Source of the DNA: an uncultured virus (IMG/VR IMGVR_UViG_3300034082_000137)
Lineage: Duplodnaviria > Heunggongvirae > Uroviricota > Caudoviricetes
Length of the DNA: 64,000 nucleotides
Direction: 5' to 3' (one strand)
Virus record (IMG/VR): IMGVR_UViG_3300034082_000137
The translations under genes were made by a program, and so were the position numbers. Below are positions 1-7,001 of this stretch, piece by piece. How positions within the stretch are numbered: the stretch's first letter is position 1; each line of letters opens with the position of its first letter. The notes below the pieces were generated by a model, which had not been told where the DNA came from, did not search any database, and saw nothing but the letters and a program-made list of their open reading frames with translations.

Positions 1-152
1 ATTTTGTACCACTCCGTTATGAAATGTTTAAAAATGGGTGTCGAGTGTGCTGCTCACTGTGTAGGGGAGTTAGGAGTCCCTTGTGTAGTTTTGGGGTGGG
101 TGGGGTTGCCCTGTAAGGTGTACGCCGTAATCACTAGGGGAAGGGGTCAAAG

Positions 153-163
153 TGTGTTATAAT
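153..163 (+). promoter_or_regulatory. Extended -10 sigma70-type promoter (P1)
   Basis: TGTGtTATAAT 80 nt upstream of the ATG at 243; no clear -35. Confidence 0.65.
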
Positions 164-242
164 ATGCTCATGCAAGGGAAATCAGTCCTTTGCATAGTGC
201 CCTGAAAAGGGTTTTCAGAGTAAACATTAGAAAAGGTTAGAT

Positions 243-827
243 ATGACTTCCATTAACATCACTCAGTTAGTAAAAGAATCCAATACCCCAACGGTATTGT
301 CTATTGATTCACCCGAAGTAATCAAGGCGCTTGGTGCAGCATGTCAGGGCGAAGCGAAGATGCGTCACCTATGGTTGAAGGCGGCGAATACAGTGCACCT
401 TGCAGGCGTCACCTACATGATGCTGACAAAAGAGGGTTTAGTTAAACCCGTGTGGGATAAACTGCAAAGCATTGTTATCAACTCACAATCGGCAAATGAA
501 ATTGTTTTGTTCAATTCCAAAACAATCGAATTGAATTCAACGCAACGGGCTGAACGCAAAATAGTTGAAGACCATGTGCGCCTTTGCATGCGCCGCATCG
601 GTGAGCACTTGAAAAAGTTCGAGCACGCTGCAAAAAATGGTTTGACCGATGTAAAATCCATGGGCGAAAGCATGGCTAAGCAGGTGCAGGAATTGATCGA
701 CAAAATGCAACGCGCCAAGTCAGAGAAAATCGATTTTCCCTTTAACCCTGCTTTGCAAGCCCTGAAAACAGCAAAGGCGGAATTCATGAAACCCCTGCCA
801 ACGCTGACAGCAAAAGACATCAAATAA
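243..827 (+). CDS. Hypothetical early protein (194 aa), monocistronic
   Basis: ORF with AAGG RBS, own promoter and strong terminator; no recognised motif. Confidence 0.85.
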   Translation: MTSINITQLVKESNTPTVLSIDSPEVIKALGAACQGEAKMRHLWLKAANTVHLAGVTYMMLTKEGLVKPVWDKLQSIVINSQSANEIVLFNSKTIELNSTQRAERKIVEDHVRLCMRRIGEHLKKFEHAAKNGLTDVKSMGESMAKQVQELIDKMQRAKSEKIDFPFNPALQALKTAKAEFMKPLPTLTAKDIK

Positions 828-847
828 ACCCCTAGGGTTTACCCTGA

Positions 848-877
848 CCCTCCTGAGAAATCAGGAGGGTTTTTTTT
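848..877 (+). terminator. Rho-independent terminator
   Basis: CCCTCCTGA-GAAA-TCAGGAGGG followed by T8. Confidence 0.92.
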
Positions 878-933
878 GCCTCGATTTTTCTCGAGGTTTT
901 TTTTGCCCGAATTTTTCCCCGAATTTTTTTTTC

Positions 934-1062
934 TGACCAGTTCCCTGTGCGGAGGTAGGGACAAGGTTACGCATCACACTGTGGTGCAGCGTAGTAAGTA
1001 CGCCGTACTTGTTACAACCCAGTCGGCGAAACTTGACCAGTTCCCTGTGCGGAGGTAGGGAC
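934..1062 (+). repeat. Exact 29-bp direct repeat, two copies (934-962, 1034-1062)
   Basis: TGACCAGTTCCCTGTGCGGAGGTAGGGAC twice with a 100-bp period. Confidence 0.95.
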
Positions 1063-1455
1063 TAGCTTTGTTACGTTTTGTTGCCTGATTTTGCCCTGAG
1101 TGTAACAAGTACGGTGTAAACGTTACAGACAATGTAACAGGGCTGACATAGCATTGATGCGGGTTACGAGGCCGAAACCGAGTGTAATTGTGCGCAATGT
1201 TATCATTGTTACGAAAAAAGCAACATGATGTACGAGTCAAACTTGGAACGAAGGGAACACCAAATGCAATTTGCACCACACCAATAATCCTCAAACCCCA
1301 TTCATACAATCAAAAAAACTGCTACACTAGTAACTTAGTTTATATATATATTTATATTATTCTTTCTTTCCCTTTGTTTTCAAGGGTTCACCGTGTTATA
1401 ATCCCCGTTACGTTTCGTCGATTCCATACCCTCGACTTTGCTACTTTGTTACATT
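960..1455. other. Candidate replication origin / structured non-coding region
   Basis: 11 GTTAC/GTAAC pentamers, inverted repeat 999-1016/1101-1118, several hairpins and an AT-rich (TA)n tract at ~1339-1362. Confidence 0.45.
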
Positions 1456-1489
1456 GCCCCACACACCATTTTATAACATTAGGACTACC

Positions 1490-2035
1490 ATGCAAGACCC
1501 AAAATCGCTAGACGATGCTTTCGCTGCCGCAATCGCACGAGTACAGGTTGCACAGCCCAACCCAATCGAAGCTCTGTTCAAATCCGCAGTTGCCCGTGCC
1601 CAAACTGGAAGCCATTACAGCCAACAACCAACTAAACTACTCAGGCAAACCAAGCAACCCAAACAAAGGTTGTCCACAGGTTCAAGCATTACCATGTCCG
1701 AAGCCTTGGCTGCACAGTTCGACAGATTCTGTGCCGAGAACGCCATGCCACGCTCTAAGGCAATTCGACGTGCTATCTACGACATGATGAACAACCCCAA
1801 CCCGCCGAGACCCAAGATGCCCAAGTTCAACCAAGCACCCAAACGGGATGTGATGGTCAGTTGGTCAATGTCTAAAGACCGAGATGCACTGGACAGAATT
1901 TGCCAAGAGCTTGGTATATCTCAATCGGCTTTCTTGCGCAGGGCAATCTATATGTATACCAAAGCCAATGTAAGCACAGATAAGGCGGAGGCAACGGTAG
2001 CAGCGGTGGATGGATGGGAGAGCCTAAACACTTGA
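1490..2035 (+). CDS. Tandem ribbon-helix-helix (CopG/Arc-like) DNA-binding regulator
   Basis: Two RHH-like units (SITMSEALAAQFDRFCAENAMPRSKAIRRAI; MVSWSMSKDRDALDRICQELGISQSAFLRRAI); start placed at ATG 1490 after AGGA. Confidence 0.75.
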   Translation: MQDPKSLDDAFAAAIARVQVAQPNPIEALFKSAVARAQTGSHYSQQPTKLLRQTKQPKQRLSTGSSITMSEALAAQFDRFCAENAMPRSKAIRRAIYDMMNNPNPPRPKMPKFNQAPKRDVMVSWSMSKDRDALDRICQELGISQSAFLRRAIYMYTKANVSTDKAEATVAAVDGWESLNT

Positions 2036-2060
2036 CACAAAGGTCACTTTGTGGTATACT
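2032..2060 (+). promoter_or_regulatory. Consensus sigma70 promoter (P2) with palindromic spacer
   Basis: TTGACA-17 bp-TATACT; CACAAAG-GTCA-CTTTGTG palindrome at 2036-2053. Confidence 0.9.
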
Positions 2061-2140
2061 ATATCTATTGGGTGGGCAGAGCAAGCAACCCAATACGGCA
2101 ATCCTGCCATATCAGAAGTCGTTAGAAAAGGTTAGAGAAA

Positions 2141-2380
2141 ATGCAAACACAAATTGTTCACAGCAAAAAGTACAAGCCCAACACAGGCTATGGTGTCGAT
2201 ACATACATGCGCACGGAGTTCCGTGTCGATACTTACTACAACCAAAACCTTGAGTTCCTAGACCGTGGCTATGACTCAGACGAGTTCGGCGACATCGACA
2301 ACGAGTTGGAAGGGCTGACAATACATGAGCCTGACAACACATTGGATGCGGTTCGGTTCCTTAACGGTTACGCAAACTAA
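2141..2380 (+). CDS. Hypothetical acidic early protein (79 aa)
   Basis: First ORF after P2, with RBS. Confidence 0.8.
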   Translation: MQTQIVHSKKYKPNTGYGVDTYMRTEFRVDTYYNQNLEFLDRGYDSDEFGDIDNELEGLTIHEPDNTLDAVRFLNGYAN

Positions 2381-2389
2381 GGGGCAAGC

Positions 2390-2617
2390 ATGAGCAAACA
2401 AACCCCAACATGCCGCACATGCGGTGACGACATAAACCCACGCCGAGCCAAGCTAGGGTACAGACTATGCCTATTCTGCGGTGAGGAAGCAGCGACTACC
2501 GAGCGCAGGTCATGGTGCGTAGTACAGGAGTACAGCAAGGGGGCCTATCAGTTGGTAACCCCTGCTAGCGCATCCACAACATTGAAGCAGACTAATCCAA
2601 AGAACATAAGGGGCTGA
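2390..2617 (+). CDS. C4 zinc-finger protein, DksA/TraR-finger-like
   Basis: CRTCGDDINPRRAKLGYRLCLFC resembles the CxxCG-x-I-x-R-x-CxxC pattern. Confidence 0.6.
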   Translation: MSKQTPTCRTCGDDINPRRAKLGYRLCLFCGEEAATTERRSWCVVQEYSKGAYQLVTPASASTTLKQTNPKNIRG

Positions 2618-2619
2618 GC

Positions 2620-2829
2620 ATGAACACACGGACATTTGTGACCGAGGACAACAAGTATCACATTGAGGTACTAGGTAATGGGTGGGCGTACAGCGTCACC
2701 GACCAACGCACAGGGAATAACTTCTTTGTGCAAGACCACGATGCCGAGCTACTCCAACGAGAGACCGATGACTTTGCGTGTACTGGCGCACTGGACTTGT
2801 ATATGGAAGCACTTGGGGGTGAAGCATGA
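2620..2829 (+). CDS. Hypothetical protein (69 aa)
   Basis: Tightly packed operon ORF. Confidence 0.75.
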   Translation: MNTRTFVTEDNKYHIEVLGNGWAYSVTDQRTGNNFFVQDHDAELLQRETDDFACTGALDLYMEALGGEA

Positions 2830-3020
2830 CAGAAATCACAGCGACCAAGGAATACTACTCGTTTTACCTCGAGGTCACCGACCCGCTGAGTGGGGAGACA
2901 GTGCATGTTGAGTGGGATGGCCTAACATTGTTAGAGGCAAAGAAGATGCACAAGCTGACCGAGAAACGGTACTCGAGACCTGCGATGGTGGAGACCTATG
3001 GATGGGAGTTGATGCGATGA
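2826..3020 (+). CDS. Hypothetical protein (64 aa)
   Basis: ATGA overlaps on both sides. Confidence 0.75.
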   Translation: MTEITATKEYYSFYLEVTDPLSGETVHVEWDGLTLLEAKKMHKLTEKRYSRPAMVETYGWELMR

Positions 3021-3223
3021 AAACGCTAGCAGTAGGAGTAACACTATCGGGTGCGTATTGGACATTTTTGTTTGATACTCGTGAGGAAGCATTGGTATTC
3101 GTAGACATAGCAAACATGCTACCCAAGCCCGACCACGAGGCATGGCATGACATACATTGGGACTTAGTGGAGGTTGAGACCACGACTGTCGCTGAGGCGA
3201 TCAAACAATTTAAGGAGTACTGA
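3017..3223 (+). CDS. Hypothetical protein (68 aa, MKTLAVG...)
   Basis: ATGA overlap with the upstream gene, GGAG RBS. Confidence 0.75.
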   Translation: MKTLAVGVTLSGAYWTFLFDTREEALVFVDIANMLPKPDHEAWHDIHWDLVEVETTTVAEAIKQFKEY

Positions 3224-3224
3224 G

Positions 3225-3314
3225 ATGAGCAAGATATTCAACAAGCTACTCGTGCTAGTGTATGTAGTTGCGTTCGCAGCTATTGTTCTAGACATTTTTT
3301 ACTGGAGGCCATGA
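3225..3314 (+). CDS. Small single-pass membrane protein (29 aa, MSKIFNKLLVLVYVVAFAAIVLDIFYWRP)
   Basis: Below the ORF-track cutoff; AAGGAG RBS, hydrophobic helix, ATGA overlap with the next gene. Confidence 0.7.
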   Translation: MSKIFNKLLVLVYVVAFAAIVLDIFYWRP

Positions 3315-3799
3315 TGGATGAATCAGTACGACTAATTGACGCTGAGCACGAGATGAAGTTGCTACTTAGCTACCGACCGTGGGAGCATGAGCCTGACACA
3401 GCCGAGTGGACATGCCAACGCACAGGGTACAAGTGCAGGATATGGCGCAACCCAGAGAACAGAACTCTATGTGGATACGTGGGTATACCTAGAGACCACA
3501 GGCTTTATGGGTTAGACCATACCGACTCACGAGTGGACATCGAGATAGACATTCACGGTGGGCTGACATTCTCAGAGCAGAAGGGCGATGGGTTCACATG
3601 GTTCGGGTTCGACTGTGCCCACATGAATGACTTTTCGCCGGGGATGTACTTGGAGTTTTTGAAACAGTGGTCGCCGTGGGGTGGAACCTCTCTCGACCCG
3701 CACGAGTACCGCACATGGGAGTGGGTGGAGAAAGAGGTAATGGACTTGGCGTTACAGCTACTACATTTAGCCGACTATAAGGATAAACATGTTCCATAG
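3311..3799 (+). CDS. Conserved phage hypothetical protein (CGYV...HGGLT...FGFDCAH type)
   Basis: Motifs LCGYVGIP, IHGGLTFS, WFGFDCAHxxD are recurrent in phage proteins of unknown function. Confidence 0.75.
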   Translation: MMDESVRLIDAEHEMKLLLSYRPWEHEPDTAEWTCQRTGYKCRIWRNPENRTLCGYVGIPRDHRLYGLDHTDSRVDIEIDIHGGLTFSEQKGDGFTWFGFDCAHMNDFSPGMYLEFLKQWSPWGGTSLDPHEYRTWEWVEKEVMDLALQLLHLADYKDKHVP

Positions 3800-3950
3800 A
3801 TTCTACGTAACAGGATGGAGTACCCGCATTGGATGTTGGGTGCCCGAGGTCATTGAGGCCAAAAACAAAACGGCGGCGAAGGAGCGGTTCAAGTTGAGCT
3901 GCCCTACGTTGAAGAAGATTAAAGCGTACCCGCTACGGGACATAACTTAG
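3789..3950 (+). CDS. Hypothetical protein (53 aa, MFHRFYVTGW...)
   Basis: Fills the operon gap; AAGGA RBS; below the ORF-track cutoff. Confidence 0.65.
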   Translation: MFHRFYVTGWSTRIGCWVPEVIEAKNKTAAKERFKLSCPTLKKIKAYPLRDIT

Positions 3951-3959
3951 GAGAATGAA

Positions 3960-4316
3960 ATGAAAACAAGCGAACTAACAGGCGCAGCCCTTGATTGGGC
4001 AGTGGCTAAGTGTGAGGGGAAAACCCCTAGTCTATTTATTTTTCGGCGGACAGGGCAACTTGCAAGCGCTCACCATTACTCAACCGACTGGGCGCAAGGT
4101 GGGCCGATCATTGAGCGAGAGAAAATTGGTTTGCTACATGCGGAAAACACACTGCCGCATCAAAGGTGGGATGCTGGTGAGACGGACGAAACGCCGAACA
4201 CTTTGTGGGCTTTAGCTTGCGGGGCGACACCACTAATTGCGGCGATGCGGACTTATGTCAGAAGCAAATTAGGTGACGAGGTAGAGATACCAATTGAATT
4301 AACTAAAGGAGAATGA
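3960..4316 (+). CDS. NinX/DUF2591-family phage protein
   Basis: LTGAALDWAVAK, YSTDWAQGGPIIERE and GxTPLIAAMR motifs. Confidence 0.85.
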   Translation: MKTSELTGAALDWAVAKCEGKTPSLFIFRRTGQLASAHHYSTDWAQGGPIIEREKIGLLHAENTLPHQRWDAGETDETPNTLWALACGATPLIAAMRTYVRSKLGDEVEIPIELTKGE

Positions 4317-4317
4317 A

Positions 4318-4482
4318 ATGGAAGATGATAGCTTGCAAAGATACCACGAGGCTGATGCCGAGGGCAAGAACGCCATTGTGATTGAGGGGTTGCTGAGTTT
4401 GTTTGCTGAGAGGCTTCCCGACTTGGACGTCACAACGTTACGCGATTTCCTAGTACCCAATGAACTAACTAAAGGAGAATGA
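4318..4482 (+). CDS. Hypothetical protein (54 aa)
   Basis: AAGGAG RBS; ends in the same ELTKGE as the upstream gene. Confidence 0.7.
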   Translation: MEDDSLQRYHEADAEGKNAIVIEGLLSLFAERLPDLDVTTLRDFLVPNELTKGE

Positions 4483-4483
4483 A

Positions 4484-5434
4484 ATGTTTGGAAGCCCTAT
4501 TAGGATTGAAAGAATACCCTACATCAGGAACTTTGCGGAAGCAAAGCAGGTGTATGAGCAGATCAAGCCCGTTCGTGGGAGGTCAGATGGCAAGCGACCA
4601 TTGACAGACCGCAGCGCCGTGGATAGTTACCACATACTAAAGAATGGGGATGGTAGCTATTCGTGCGTACTGTACCAAACCAAGGTGCTTACTTTTTACG
4701 CAGACGATACGGTGAAGATCGACACAGGAACGTGGGAGTCACAGACGACCCGAGCCTTTATTCAGAACATCCTTGGGCTAGGGTGCTACCGCAAGAATCA
4801 GCACGATGTACTGTTGTTGAATACACACCGCAGGGTTGAGCCGTTCTGCATACTAGGGAAGGAGCCGACTGTTGTCCGTCAGGGGCGGGACTCCGAGGTG
4901 TGGGAACTGGTAAAAAGTCCGGTGACCACGGAAGTTAAATTGCTACGCAAAGAAGCCAACGCCGCCTATGCTAGGTACAAAGAGTTTACCGACTACCTAA
5001 AAAATACCATGAAGCTGCGAGCGGATGAGAATGGGCGGGTACAAATTTCCGCTGATGAGTTAGCTAATGCGTTCCCCGAGGGTTCACCATTTCGCAAAAT
5101 GTACTGGGGGCACATGGACTACAAGGAGTACAACACATACAAGGAGATGGGTGAGCTGTTCTTTGGGATGGCGGGAGCCACGAGCGATGACAAGCACGAG
5201 AAGTTCTACCATGCGACATTGCTGTTGGTTGCGAACATAAGAGGGATTATGTTGGAGCATGCGAGTAACAATCCGCACGGTGCTTGGCGAATCACTGACA
5301 GTGGCAAGGGCATGCTCAAAAAGTTCAATGAGTTGGTGCTCAAGTGGCACAGCAAAGAGGTGTTCAAGGTTACTCCCGCTAGGGCAGGTGTAGTGCCTAA
5401 CCCGAAGTACAAGAAGTATGTGAGTGCAGAGTAA
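4484..5434 (+). CDS. Hypothetical protein (316 aa)
   Basis: Long ORF with strong RBS. Confidence 0.85.
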   Translation: MFGSPIRIERIPYIRNFAEAKQVYEQIKPVRGRSDGKRPLTDRSAVDSYHILKNGDGSYSCVLYQTKVLTFYADDTVKIDTGTWESQTTRAFIQNILGLGCYRKNQHDVLLLNTHRRVEPFCILGKEPTVVRQGRDSEVWELVKSPVTTEVKLLRKEANAAYARYKEFTDYLKNTMKLRADENGRVQISADELANAFPEGSPFRKMYWGHMDYKEYNTYKEMGELFFGMAGATSDDKHEKFYHATLLLVANIRGIMLEHASNNPHGAWRITDSGKGMLKKFNELVLKWHSKEVFKVTPARAGVVPNPKYKKYVSAE

Positions 5435-5448
5435 AGAGGGCTAAACCC

Positions 5449-5477
5449 TTGACACAAGTAGCACTTTGTGTTATACT
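5449..5477 (+). promoter_or_regulatory. Consensus sigma70 promoter (P3) with palindromic spacer
   Basis: TTGACA-17 bp-TATACT; ACACAA-N8-TTGTGT. Confidence 0.9.
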
Positions 5478-5549
5478 ATATATAGTGAGTCAGAAGAGTA
5501 AGCAGTTATTAGATCGGGCAATATCGCCCTTAATTAGAAGGAGTTAGAA

Positions 5550-6614
5550 ATGGCTGAAGTATCATTTGGTAAGAGCATCACGCTCAAGCAAGCAGCAAAC
5601 TTAATTTGCAGCAACCCAACAACCCGCTTCCTGTTACAGGGCGAGCCGGGGATTGGTAAGAGTTCTCTCTTGGAGATGATCTCCGAACGGCTAGGTTACG
5701 AGCATGCGTATATTGACGTACCCAATATGGACTTGGGCGACATTGCGATGCCTGTGATTGACCACGAGACCAAGACGACCCGCTATTACCCCAACGCACG
5801 GTTCAAGGTGCATGAAGGCAAGCCTGTGGTAATCATGTTGGATGAGTTCACCAAGGGCGCAGACCCAGTGAAGAATATGCTGCACCCGATGTTGGAGAAA
5901 GCCAACCCACGCTTGGGCGACATTGCCTTGAACAAGGACTGCATTGTGTTCTTGACTGGTAACTTGACGACCGATGGTGTGGGTGACAACCTGAAAGCAC
6001 ATAGCCGTAACCGCTTAGTGCCCGTGACTATCAGCAAGCCCAATGCCGAGCAGTGGATTGAGTGGGCGATTACCAAGGACATTGCGCCCGAGGTGATTGC
6101 GTGGGTGAGCCGATTCCCGCAGGTGTTAGCTTCATACACCGAGGGTGGGCAAGCCGACAACCCTTACATCTACAACCCTAAGCGCAACCAAAACGCTTTC
6201 GTATCTCCTCGCTCTCTAGAGACAGCAGCCAACATTGTCAGTACCCGCAAGGATAACGACGCCGATGCGGTGATTGCAGCGTTGACAGGTGCTATCGGTG
6301 AGAGCGGTGCGAGGGATATGCAAGCATACATTGAGTTCGCCGACCAACTACCGACATGGGAGTCAACCATCGCTAGTCCTAAGACAGCATCAGTACCCAC
6401 GAGCCCGGGCGCATGTTCTATCGTTGTATTCGGAGCCATCAGCCGAGTAACCAAGGAGACCATCGCCCCATTCATGGAGTACTTGGAGCGGTTCGATGCC
6501 GAGTGGCAAGCGGTGTTCTGTATCAACATTGCCAAGGCGACAAGCAAGCAGAACATTGCGTTCAGCAGCAAGGCGTTTGCTAATTGGGTAGCCAAGAATC
6601 AAGACTTACTGTGA
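5550..6614 (+). CDS. MoxR-like AAA+ ATPase
   Basis: Walker A GEPGIGKS, Walker B IMLDEF, sensor TGN, SPRS motif. Confidence 0.9.
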   Translation: MAEVSFGKSITLKQAANLICSNPTTRFLLQGEPGIGKSSLLEMISERLGYEHAYIDVPNMDLGDIAMPVIDHETKTTRYYPNARFKVHEGKPVVIMLDEFTKGADPVKNMLHPMLEKANPRLGDIALNKDCIVFLTGNLTTDGVGDNLKAHSRNRLVPVTISKPNAEQWIEWAITKDIAPEVIAWVSRFPQVLASYTEGGQADNPYIYNPKRNQNAFVSPRSLETAANIVSTRKDNDADAVIAALTGAIGESGARDMQAYIEFADQLPTWESTIASPKTASVPTSPGACSIVVFGAISRVTKETIAPFMEYLERFDAEWQAVFCINIAKATSKQNIAFSSKAFANWVAKNQDLL

Positions 6615-6622
6615 GGTGATGT

Positions 6623-6991
6623 ATGGGATACAGAAGCGATATTAAAGCGGTGTTCTACACCGACGACAAAGAGAAGTGGCCTGTGCTCAAGCTGTACTTA
6701 GACGAGAACTTCCCGAATGAGTGGAGCTTGGAGCCTATTGAGAGTAAGCACTGCTATGGGTATGTGTTCAGCGCAGAGGATGTTAAGTGGTATCCGAGCT
6801 ACACCGATGTAGCTGCGTTCAACAAGTTCGTTGATGCGTACAGGGATTTAATATCTAGCGGGGAGGATTCGCCCCCGTGGGTGTACGAGTTTGTACGCAT
6901 AGGCGAAGACACCACGGACATAGAGACCGACAGCGAAGGTAACTGTAGCTACTTGCTTACTGTTAGTAGAAGTATTGAAACGGATTTTTAA
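6623..6991 (+). CDS. Hypothetical protein (122 aa)
   Basis: GAGGT RBS; lies between the AAA and VWA genes. Confidence 0.8.
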   Translation: MGYRSDIKAVFYTDDKEKWPVLKLYLDENFPNEWSLEPIESKHCYGYVFSAEDVKWYPSYTDVAAFNKFVDAYRDLISSGEDSPPWVYEFVRIGEDTTDIETDSEGNCSYLLTVSRSIETDF

Positions 6992-7001
6992 GGAGTTTGA
7001 A

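Noticed and set aside
934..1062. True CRISPR array
   Set aside because: Only two repeats, a 71-nt structured spacer and no cas operon; kept only as a repeat finding
876..1511. ORFs 876-1058, 974-1309 and 1188-1511
   Set aside because: They translate T-tracts, repeats and (TA)n, lack an RBS, and the region looks non-coding
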